Part shown: in pieces, positions 24,563-32,000 of the stretch
How positions within the stretch are numbered: the first letter of the stretch is position 1
Layout: every line of letters begins with the position of its first letter
From: a bacterium
GTDB lineage: Bacteria; UBP7; UBA6624
NCBI GenBank assembly: GCA_002716355.1
Contig: PBAU01000005.1
Coordinates: forward strand, 80,425-112,424
Length of the DNA: 32,000 bases
Reading direction: 5' to 3'
Program-made: the position numbers and the translations under genes
The notes under the pieces: model-generated
Database searches by the model: none
The model's input: only the letters and a program-made list of their open reading frames with translations
Told to the model about the DNA's origin: nothing

Positions 24563-27154
24563 TTATTCTGAAAATTTTTGTATCCAAGCAGCTCTTTTAA
24601 CCAATTCATCTCTTTCTTGCTGTGCTTCCCTCAGTCTGTCTCTTATCAGCTGAACCTTGTCTTTCGGAGCATTGTTGATGAATCCTTTGTTTTGAAGTTG
24701 GCCTTCCAATCTTTTTATCCTCGGCTCTGCATCTTCAGCATTTCTTTTCAGCTCATCAACCCTTTCAGAAAGTACGGAAGAGTCAATATTGGGAATCATC
24801 ACCTTCCCTATTGCCATCTCAATCGGAAAGCCATTTTCAGTGCCTGACTTCTTCAGTCTCAAAATATTCAAAAAGGCATCCTCTTGCCCCTGATTCCATG
24901 AGCCATCAATAACAACCTCTTTGATCTCCTCTACGCTTAAGCCAAGAATGGAAATTGATTTTCTGTAACTCTTGACACTGTCGTAAATATCCTGAAAACC
25001 TTCAGATTCCTTCATGTCGATTCCTTCCAGCTCAGTTGGCCATGATCTTGTTGCAACCAAAGATTCATCATTGTTGATCAAAAGGTTTACGTCTTCGCAA
25101 ATGAATGGAACAAATGGGGATGAAATGACCAAGAATTTTTCCATGATTGCTTTTGCATTGGATGCAACCTGCAAGTCACCATTGTTGGATCTTGATTTTG
25201 CTATCTCCAGGTACCAATCGCAGAATTCATTCCAGAAAAAATGGTGTATGGACTGCATGGCTTTCCTCACATCCTTTCCTTCCAAGCTCTTGTCCACAGA
25301 AGCAACTGTCTCATTGAATTTTTGAGCTATCCAATGATCACTTCTGTCATAAAAAACAAAATCGCTGTTTTTTGGCTCCAGTGAATTTATGTAATTTGCT
25401 GCATTCCAGATCTTGTTCATAAACCTTTGGCCAGAAACCAGCTGATCGTTACCGAATGGAATGACTTCCGCCGGAACCATATTGAACAAAAGAGCAAACC
25501 TCAAACTGTCTGCACCATATTCATCCATTGCCTCAAGCGGATCTATCGTATTCCCTTTGGACTTGCTCATTTTCCTTCCCTTCTTGTCACAAACAAGACC
25601 ATGGATGAGAACCTCTTTAAAAGGTGTTTTATCCTCAAAGGCCAAACTCATCAAAACCATCTTAAGAACCCAAAAGAATATGATGTCATAACCTGTAATC
25701 AACAAAGATGTTGGGAAAAAACCATTCTCTTTAGGGTCGTCTTCCGGCCATCCAAAACATTCAAGCGGCCATAAGGCGCTACTGAACCATGTATCTAAAA
25801 CATCCTCATCTTGAACAAACTGCTTTGAATCATGATTTTTAGATAAACATTCTTCTTCTATATTTTCAGAAACTATAGGGTCTTTTGACTTGTCACCTTT
25901 GGGATACCATGCAGGGATCTGATGGCCCCACCATAATTGCCTTGATATGCACCAGTTTTCAACCTTTGACCACCAATCACCATAAACCCCACCCCATCTT
26001 TCAGGATAGAAACTTGGAGATCCGTCTTTCAACAATTCAAGAGCCCTACCCTTGAAAACCTTCATGTTCAGAAACCATTGTTCAGAAAGCATTGGCTCAA
26101 TAACTGAACCAGACCTTTGAGAAATCCCAATAGCAGATTTATGCTTTTTTGCATCAACTAAAGAACCAGAATTCTCGAGCATCTCAACAGCCTTTCTTCT
26201 TGCTGCAACAACATTCAAACCATGTAATTCATTGGGAACCCTTTCATGGCTAGACAATTTCCCGTCTTTGCCTAATATGGTGACTATTGGCAAATCATGC
26301 CTCTCGCCTATTTCAAAATCCAAATGATCATGAGCAGGGGTTACCTTTAAGGCACCTTCTCCGAAATCCATATCCACTGAATCATCAGCAATAATGGGTA
26401 TCTCAACATCTACAAGAGGAATGAAAGCATTGACTCCGTTGTCCAAATAAGATTTAAACCTTTCATCATTTGGATTAACCGCTATTGCGGAATCAGCAAA
26501 AATAGTTTCTGGTCTCGTGGTTGCTATCTTGATCGACTTTCCATCATTGGTTTTGTATTCAAGTGTCCATATGAAACCATTTCTGTCTTCACGGTCAACT
26601 TCAATATCAGAAACCGCTGTCTGAAGTTGGCAATCCCAATTTACCAATCTGTTACCTTTAAAAATGACATCCTTTTTGTACAGTTCCACAAATGCCTTCT
26701 TGACAGCCTTGTTGCACTGTTCATCCATTGTGAATCTTTCACCAGGCCAATAAGGCGTTATCCCTAATTTTTTGAACTGCTGAAAAATAACATCTCTGCA
26801 TTCATCTTTCCATTCCCATGCTCGCTTAAGGAAGGCTTCTTTGCCCAATTCACTTTTTGAAGACCCTTCTGATTCAAGCTTTTTCTCTAAGACTGCCTGA
26901 GTGGCTATGCCTGCATGGTCACTGCCTGGTATCCATCTTGTAGAGCAACCTTTCAACCTTGCCCATCTGGTAAAAACATCCTGCAGGGTGTAGTTTAACG
27001 AATGTCCAATATGTAAAGATCCTGTTACATTTGGAGGAGGAATAACGATTGAAAAAGGTTTGCCTTTCGATTTTGAATCATGAATAGGAACATCTTTTTC
27101 CCATTGACTAACCCATCTCTCCTCGTTTTGTGAAGGATTGTAAAAATTAGACAT
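24563..27154 (-). CDS. valS: Valine--tRNA ligase
   Basis: PPPNVTGSLHIGH (HIGH motif), KMSKSKGN (KMSKS motif), a CP1 editing domain and a C-terminal coiled coil. 863 aa. ATG 27154 lies 8 nt after the clpP stop. Confidence 0.95.
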   Translation of the reverse strand: MSNFYNPSQNEERWVSQWEKDVPIHDSKSKGKPFSIVIPPPNVTGSLHIGHSLNYTLQDVFTRWARLKGCSTRWIPGSDHAGIATQAVLEKKLESEGSSKSELGKEAFLKRAWEWKDECRDVIFQQFKKLGITPYWPGERFTMDEQCNKAVKKAFVELYKKDVIFKGNRLVNWDCQLQTAVSDIEVDREDRNGFIWTLEYKTNDGKSIKIATTRPETIFADSAIAVNPNDERFKSYLDNGVNAFIPLVDVEIPIIADDSVDMDFGEGALKVTPAHDHLDFEIGERHDLPIVTILGKDGKLSSHERVPNELHGLNVVAARRKAVEMLENSGSLVDAKKHKSAIGISQRSGSVIEPMLSEQWFLNMKVFKGRALELLKDGSPSFYPERWGGVYGDWWSKVENWCISRQLWWGHQIPAWYPKGDKSKDPIVSENIEEECLSKNHDSKQFVQDEDVLDTWFSSALWPLECFGWPEDDPKENGFFPTSLLITGYDIIFFWVLKMVLMSLAFEDKTPFKEVLIHGLVCDKKGRKMSKSKGNTIDPLEAMDEYGADSLRFALLFNMVPAEVIPFGNDQLVSGQRFMNKIWNAANYINSLEPKNSDFVFYDRSDHWIAQKFNETVASVDKSLEGKDVRKAMQSIHHFFWNEFCDWYLEIAKSRSNNGDLQVASNAKAIMEKFLVISSPFVPFICEDVNLLINNDESLVATRSWPTELEGIDMKESEGFQDIYDSVKSYRKSISILGLSVEEIKEVVIDGSWNQGQEDAFLNILRLKKSGTENGFPIEMAIGKVMIPNIDSSVLSERVDELKRNAEDAEPRIKRLEGQLQNKGFINNAPKDKVQLIRDRLREAQQERDELVKRAAWIQKFSE

Positions 27155-27162
27155 TATTTAAA

Positions 27163-27738
27163 CTATTTCAAGACTGTATCAATAAGCCCGTATTTTTTGG
27201 CATCATCCGCACCCATCCAAAAATTCCTATCTGTATCTTTTGCTACCTGTGTAATTTTCTTACCGGTATTCTTAGATAAGATCAAGTTGAGCTGTTCTTT
27301 GATTCTCTTGATTTCAGCTGCTTCAATTTCTATGTCTGAAGCCTGTCCGCTAACTCCACCTAAAGGTTGGTGGATCATTATCTTGGCATGTGGCAATGCA
27401 GCTCTTTTTCCCTTTTCTCCGCAAGACAACAAAAGAGCGCCCATAGATGCAGCTAAACCAACAGCAATTGTTTGAACTTTTGGCTTAACTATATTCATAG
27501 TATCCATTATGGCCAAACCAGCAGAAACCTCTCCTCCAGGAGAATTTATATAAAGCCTAATATCCTTGGTTGGGTCTTTTTTCTCTAAATAAAGCATCTG
27601 AGCGACAACTAAATTTGCCATATGCGTTTCAATTGGCCCATGGATAAAAATGATGTGCTGTCTCAATAATTGGGAATAAATATCAAAAGCTCTTTCGCCT
27701 CTGTTTGTTTGTTCTACAACCATAGGTATTAAATTCAT
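27163..27738 (-). CDS. clpP: ATP-dependent Clp protease proteolytic subunit
   Basis: [36 protein letters not shown] (Ser nucleophile) and IMIHQPLGG (His). I prefer ATG 27738 ([11 protein letters not shown]), which overlaps the tig stop as ATGA. Confidence 0.93.
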   Translation of the reverse strand: MNLIPMVVEQTNRGERAFDIYSQLLRQHIIFIHGPIETHMANLVVAQMLYLEKKDPTKDIRLYINSPGGEVSAGLAIMDTMNIVKPKVQTIAVGLAASMGALLLSCGEKGKRAALPHAKIMIHQPLGGVSGQASDIEIEAAEIKRIKEQLNLILSKNTGKKITQVAKDTDRNFWMGADDAKKYGLIDTVLK

Positions 27739-29009
27739 TTCTTGTTCTCCTGCCTGTCCCAAAATTCCTTAATTATGGAATTCCTAACCTTGGCCCTTCT
27801 TATATTTCTTGCAATGATTGGAAGGTTACCGTTTCTTTTTGACTCTTGGATAATCTTCTTAACCGGTCTTCTTACTTGTGATGCGATATCCCTAAAAAAG
27901 TATTCAATCTCATGATTCAAAACCTGAATTCCCTTCTTGTCGCCTATGGCGTCAAGAACGATGCCCAATTTTATATTTTCAAGAATGCCTTTTTCGTTTT
28001 CTTTCCACCAATCTTCGATTTCTGTTTTCTTATTTTCATCAGTATTGTTTTTTACATAATTATTCCACTCAAGCTCTTTCTCTTCATCAATCAAAACCTG
28101 AGGGACAGAAAAATCTTTAACCTTCTTCATGAGCATTTGAGGCAACTTTTCATTAGCTTCAGCAAATGCTTTATCCTCATTTTGGATCATCAAGTTACTT
28201 TTAATCCTGGCTTTAAATTCATCTTCATCCTTGATGCCATATTTTGCACAAAGATCAGAAATAACAGGTATTGTCTCTCTTTTGACAGATGTGATTTTGA
28301 TTTTGGAATTAACCATCTTGCCACCCAAATCAGGGTTTGAATAAGCTTTAGAAAATTTGCTTTTAAAAGACAGTTCATCATCTTGGTTTTTTCCTATCAG
28401 CTTGTCCATAAATGATTTAGAAGGCAATGTTTTAGCATTGATTTCAAATGCTCTTTCAACCTTCTCTTCAGTGTCGCCCGAAGAAAAAGTGCCTTCCATT
28501 CTGACATAATCTCCCTCCTGAATTTTTTCAGCAGGTAAAAATTGAGATTCCGCACTGATGATCTTGCTTAATTCGGAATCAACAGCAGCATCAGTTGCTT
28601 CATCTGGTTTAGAAAATTTGTAATTGAGCTTATCGGCAAAATCAACATTAAACTCAGGAAGAACCTCTATTTCAACAAAAATGTCAACACCTGTTTTTGT
28701 TTTCTTGTTTTTGATTGACTGCAATGCTATCGCATGCAAGTTGTTTTGCTCAATAGTTGATTCTGCGGAATTTTTCCAAACCGTTTGAACCGCCTCTTCA
28801 AATAAAGAATCTTCATCAATGTATTTTTTAAGCATGCTGTCTGGAATCTTTCCAGCCCTGAAACCAGGGACCTTGATTTGTCTTTTATATTGCTTGTATA
28901 AACCTTTTTCAATGTTTGAAAAATCCTCACTCGTAATCTTGAAAGTAACCAAAGCCTTGTCTGGCTTGGTTCTCTTAACAGAGTTAGGAACAAAAGTAAT
29001 ATTTTTCAT
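27735..29009 (-). CDS. tig: Trigger factor
   Basis: [10 protein letters not shown] is the ribosome-binding signature (GFRxGxxP). The protein has three-domain length (424 aa) and sits in the classical position upstream of clpP. Confidence 0.9.
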   Translation of the reverse strand: MKNITFVPNSVKRTKPDKALVTFKITSEDFSNIEKGLYKQYKRQIKVPGFRAGKIPDSMLKKYIDEDSLFEEAVQTVWKNSAESTIEQNNLHAIALQSIKNKKTKTGVDIFVEIEVLPEFNVDFADKLNYKFSKPDEATDAAVDSELSKIISAESQFLPAEKIQEGDYVRMEGTFSSGDTEEKVERAFEINAKTLPSKSFMDKLIGKNQDDELSFKSKFSKAYSNPDLGGKMVNSKIKITSVKRETIPVISDLCAKYGIKDEDEFKARIKSNLMIQNEDKAFAEANEKLPQMLMKKVKDFSVPQVLIDEEKELEWNNYVKNNTDENKKTEIEDWWKENEKGILENIKLGIVLDAIGDKKGIQVLNHEIEYFFRDIASQVRRPVKKIIQESKRNGNLPIIARNIRRAKVRNSIIKEFWDRQENKK

Positions 29010-29022
29010 AAAGTCAAGGCCT

Positions 29023-29094
29023 AGCGGAAGAAGGGATTCGAACCCTCGACCCTCACGTTGGCAACGTGATGCTCTACCACTGAGCTACTTCCGC
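29023..29094 (-). tRNA. tRNA-Gly (anticodon GCC)
   Basis: GCGGAAG-TA-GCTC..GAGC-A-TCACG-TTGCCAA-CGTGA-GGGTC-GAGGG-TTCGAAT-CCCTT-CTTCCGC-T. The U73 discriminator is typical of bacterial Gly. No encoded CCA. Confidence 0.9.
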
Positions 29095-29100
29095 AAGCCG

Positions 29101-29172
29101 TGAGCCGAGAGGGATTTGAACCCCCGACCAACGGGTTAAGAGCCCGCTGCTCTACCACTGAGCTACCGGCCC
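29101..29172 (-). tRNA. tRNA-Lys (anticodon CTT)
   Basis: GGGCCGG-TA-GCTC..GAGC-A-GCGGG-CTCTTAA-CCCGT-TGGTC-GGGGG-TTCAAAT-CCCTC-TCGGCTC-A. Two G-U pairs in the acceptor stem. Confidence 0.88.
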
Positions 29173-29217
29173 ATAAGTCACTAATTCAAATTCTATAACC
29201 ATAATCCAATTATGCTA

Positions 29218-29290
29218 CACGCCCGGCAGGATTCGAACCTGCAACCTTCGGGTTCGAAGCCCGACGCTCTGCCAGTTGAGCTACAGGCGC
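29218..29290 (-). tRNA. tRNA-Arg (anticodon TCG)
   Basis: GCGCCTG-TA-GCTC..GAGC-G-TCGGG-CTTCGAA-CCCGA-AGGTT-GCAGG-TTCGAAT-CCTGC-CGGGCGT-G. The first acceptor pair is G1-U72. Confidence 0.88.
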
Positions 29291-29291
29291 T

Positions 29292-29367
29292 TGGGGCGAG
29301 TGACGGGATTTGAACCCGCGACCTAAGGGACCACAACCCTTCGCTCTCCCCCTGAGCTACACCCGCC
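29292..29367 (-). tRNA. tRNA-His (anticodon GTG), with encoded G-1 and encoded CCA
   Basis: G(-1)-GCGGGTG-TA-GCTC..GAGC-G-AAGGG-TTGTGGT-CCCTT-AGGTC-GCGGG-TTCAAAT-CCCGT-CACTCGC-C-CCA. Only 1 nt separates its CCA from the tRNA-Arg 5' end. Confidence 0.92.
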
Positions 29368-29386
29368 GTAGACGTACTGGCTTACT

Positions 29387-29415
29387 ATTGTAAACTTGTT
29401 TCAATATAGAATCAA
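29387..29415 (-). promoter_or_regulatory. Candidate sigma70-type promoter TTGATT-N17-TACAAT for the tRNA-His/Arg/Lys/Gly (and probably tig-clpP-valS) transcript
   Basis: On the minus strand the -35 TTGATT is at 29415..29410 and the -10 TACAAT at 29392..29387, with a 17-nt spacer. The -10 ends 19 nt upstream of the tRNA-His G-1. Sequence match only. Confidence 0.5.
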
Positions 29416-29448
29416 TCCTTGTATCAATTAAAAGGAGATTTATTGAAA

Positions 29449-31314
29449 ATGAAAAAAATACTTTCCATAATTTTATTAACCTTGATGACGGGCTGTTCAT
29501 TATTCTTTTCAGGCAAAGATGCTTACGAAAGGCAAGTTGCCTTAAGTGAAGAGCTCTTAGTAGCAGATGAACATAACCACCATGTTGAAGATCATCCGCT
29601 TGGAGACATTGAAATCACATCTGAAGATTTCGAATGGCTGGTTTATGAGCTTTCGGGAGAAAAATACTCTGGAAGAGGCATAGGTCAAGAAGGTGGTGTC
29701 AACTCTTCAAAACAGATGCTGGAATGGTTTGAATACTTCCATTTAACAGAATCATGGCTGGAAGAATTTGAAGTTCTGCTTGGAACAAAAAGTGTTGAAT
29801 CAGAACTTAAATATGATTCAAAATCCTTTGAAAAAGAAATTGACTTTTCTCCAATAAACTACACAGCTGATGGTAACGTTGAGGGCAAAGCGTGGTTTTT
29901 AGGTTATGGGATTGCTGAGAATGAATCTGACTGGAATGATTGGGTGGATGCTGAAGGCAACAAGATAAACCTTGAAGGTGGAATTGCGATAATGGCATTG
30001 GGCTTACCCGATGTCGAAGAAGACCATCCATTAAACCTTAGGGAAAACAGAAGGCTTGGAATGCTAAGGTACAAAACCCAAGTTGCAAAGGAGCATGGAG
30101 CCTCAGCAGCCCTATTCATATATCTTGGATCAGATAACCCAGGAGGCTTAATTGATATCGGTGGAACCATAAGGTGGGGAGCCTCATCTCTTCCTATAGG
30201 ACTTGTGACATCAGAAGTCTACACAGAAATATTTGATGATGCTGCTGACTGGGATAAACCCATAAAATCAAAAAAATCACCCAGTGAAAACACACTATCA
30301 TTCTCAACCAAGGTTGAACTTGATTACGTGACTGCTTTTAACGTAATAGGTTACCTGGATAGCGGCAAGGATAAAACTTTTGTAGTTGGTGGACACAAAG
30401 ACCATATGGGGACAAACAGCTCTGGAGAGGTTTACTGGGGAGCTGATGATAATGCAAGTGGTACGGCAGGAGTTCTAGAGTTGGCAAATTATTATTCCCA
30501 CATGCCGGCAGAAGAAAGGCCCGGAAACTTTTACTTCATGCTGTTTGATGCAGAGGAAATGGGACTTTTGGGAAGTAGGTATTTCACCAACAATAATCCT
30601 GAAATAATGGAAAAGTTAGATTTCATGCTGAATCTTGATATGGTAGGCAGATATTCCGATAATGAAAAAATACTCATGGGTGGAATAAACAGCTCTGAAA
30701 TTTTTGAAAGTGATGAATTCTGGTCTGAACTTACAGCGCTAAATGAAAATTTGAATTTTGAAAAATCAACTTTTGGTGATGGTAGGTCTGACCACGCGCC
30801 ATTCATAGACAAAGGAGTTCCAGCAATGTTCATTTTCACTGGAATACATGATGACTACCATACACCAGCTGATACACCTGATAAAGTTGATTATGAAGGC
30901 TTGGAGGAGATTGGAAAGTTTTCAATATCATTGCTCGATTTAATTGCATCAACAATGGAGTCAAAAACCCCCCATAGTGAAAAGGTTGCACCTTATACTG
31001 GTGAAGAGGAAGGGGATGAGGTTATGCCTGCAGACGGGTGGAGATCATGGTTTGGATCTATGCCTGACTATGCAGATAGTGGCGATTCAGGGTATCTTAT
31101 TGGCGGAATCTCAAAAGAATCCCCAGCCGAAAAAGCTGGACTACAAGCAAAAGACAGAATAATCAAGATAAATACAACTGAAATAAAAAATCTAGAAGAT
31201 TTCATGTATGCTCTTAACAAATACAAGCCAGGCGAAACGATTAAAGTCAAATTCATTAGAGAAAATCAGGAATATGAAGTCAATTTAACGTTAGAGAGTC
31301 GTCAAGACAGATAA
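29449..31314 (+). CDS. Lipoprotein M28-family zinc aminopeptidase with PA-domain insert and C-terminal PDZ domain
   Basis: ATG 29449 has AAGGAG upstream. MKKILSIILLTLMTGC resembles a lipobox. M28 motifs: GGHKDHMG, GADDNASGTAGVLELA, FDAEEMGLLGS, NLDMVGR and SDHAPF. The C-terminal GYLIGGISKESPAEKAGLQAKDRIIKIN..ETIKVKF is PDZ-like. Confidence 0.85.
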   Translation: MKKILSIILLTLMTGCSLFFSGKDAYERQVALSEELLVADEHNHHVEDHPLGDIEITSEDFEWLVYELSGEKYSGRGIGQEGGVNSSKQMLEWFEYFHLTESWLEEFEVLLGTKSVESELKYDSKSFEKEIDFSPINYTADGNVEGKAWFLGYGIAENESDWNDWVDAEGNKINLEGGIAIMALGLPDVEEDHPLNLRENRRLGMLRYKTQVAKEHGASAALFIYLGSDNPGGLIDIGGTIRWGASSLPIGLVTSEVYTEIFDDAADWDKPIKSKKSPSENTLSFSTKVELDYVTAFNVIGYLDSGKDKTFVVGGHKDHMGTNSSGEVYWGADDNASGTAGVLELANYYSHMPAEERPGNFYFMLFDAEEMGLLGSRYFTNNNPEIMEKLDFMLNLDMVGRYSDNEKILMGGINSSEIFESDEFWSELTALNENLNFEKSTFGDGRSDHAPFIDKGVPAMFIFTGIHDDYHTPADTPDKVDYEGLEEIGKFSISLLDLIASTMESKTPHSEKVAPYTGEEEGDEVMPADGWRSWFGSMPDYADSGDSGYLIGGISKESPAEKAGLQAKDRIIKINTTEIKNLEDFMYALNKYKPGETIKVKFIRENQEYEVNLTLESRQDR

Positions 31315-31325
31315 AATTAAGAAAG

Positions 31326-32000
31326 ATGGGAATTCTTGAAGGCAAGAAAGGGCTGATTGTTGGTATAGCCAACAAGCATTCAATAGCTTGGGGTATTGCA
31401 AAAGCATGCGTCAAGCAAGGCGCTGAATTAGCGTTTTCCTACCTGGAGCCTTTTGAAAGCAGGGTCAGGAAGCTCGCTGAAGAGCTGGGTTCAGAGCAGG
31501 TTTTTGAGCTGGATGTCACAAATGATCAACATCTACAAAATGCTCCCAAGGAAATAGAAAAAAGGTTTGGAAAAATAGATTTTCTTGTCCATGCTGTTGC
31601 AATGGCAAAAAAAGAAGAACTGGCAGGAAGATTTGTCGACACGACACGAGATGGATTCAAACTTGCTCTAGATGTTAGTGCATGGTCGTTAATTGGATTG
31701 ACGAAGGCACTTCTTCCCGTCATGCAGAATGATGCTTCGGTACTGACAATCAGCTATCTTGGTGCAGAAAGGGTTATTCCCAACTATAACGTTATGGGAG
31801 TTGCAAAAGCAGCACTTGAATCTTCAGTCAAATATCTTGCAAATGATCTTGGTCCAGAAGAGGGCATACGTGTCAATGCTATATCGAGCGGTCCTGTTAA
31901 AACACTATCTGCTTCAGGGATTGGTGACTTTGGGCAAGTCCTAAAATGGCAAGAGAGCACATCACCCTTAAGGGGAAATCTTTCTTTAGATCAGCTGGGG
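31326..32000 (+). CDS. fabI: Enoyl-[acyl-carrier-protein] reductase (NADH), FabI; 3' end beyond the window
   Basis: Absent from the ORF track because there is no stop in the window. The translation MGILEGKKGLIVGIANKHSIAWGIAKA...ISYLGAERVIPNYNVMGVAKAALESSVKYLANDLGPEEGIRVNAISSGPVKTLSASGI is near-collinear with E. coli FabI as I recall it. Confidence 0.92.
   Translation, partial: MGILEGKKGLIVGIANKHSIAWGIAKACVKQGAELAFSYLEPFESRVRKLAEELGSEQVFELDVTNDQHLQNAPKEIEKRFGKIDFLVHAVAMAKKEELAGRFVDTTRDGFKLALDVSAWSLIGLTKALLPVMQNDASVLTISYLGAERVIPNYNVMGVAKAALESSVKYLANDLGPEEGIRVNAISSGPVKTLSASGIGDFGQVLKWQESTSPLRGNLSLDQLG

Overview
AT-rich, extremely gene-dense segment of a diderm bacterial chromosome (RND/TolC efflux, Tat and lipoprotein signals). 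Hand counts of sampled 60-nt lines give roughly 33-50% G+C; I cannot assign a taxon. Almost every base is coding or tRNA. Intergenic spacers are mostly 0-50 nt, and many cistrons abut or overlap by 1-8 nt.

The content is overwhelmingly housekeeping:
- a minus-strand shikimate super-operon (TrpG/PabA-like amidotransferase, aroA, aroE, aroC, fused aroK-aroB, aroQ, then a small membrane protein)
- a Tat-signal GH109/Gfo-Idh-MocA-like oxidoreductase, an EamA transporter, thyX, glutaryl-CoA dehydrogenase and RNase D
- an MFP-RND-TolC efflux operon, P5C dehydrogenase, purA, a PAPS-reductase/CysD-family PP-loop protein, valS, clpP and tig
- an M28-PA-PDZ lipoprotein peptidase and fabI (partial)
- eight tRNA genes in two clusters that sit inside protein-coding operons

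I found no CRISPR array, transposase or integrase, prophage remnant, toxin-antitoxin pair or recognisable defence gene, so I cannot honestly point to a clear novel system.

The parts least explained by ordinary annotation are:
1. At the left edge, a secreted matrixin-type metzincin with no pro-domain, translationally coupled to an unrecognisable secreted partner, next to two orphan membrane proteins.
2. An unannotated 31-aa basic CxxC...CxxC micro-ORF with its own near-consensus promoter and GGAGG site, just downstream of a tRNA cluster.
3. A minimal SPOUT methyltransferase inside a tRNA array, with only 7 nt between the tRNA-Lys 3' end and its ATG.
4. An unbroken chain of five NTGA stop/start overlaps through the shikimate operon.

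All functional calls come from motif-level reading of the translations. No database search was possible.
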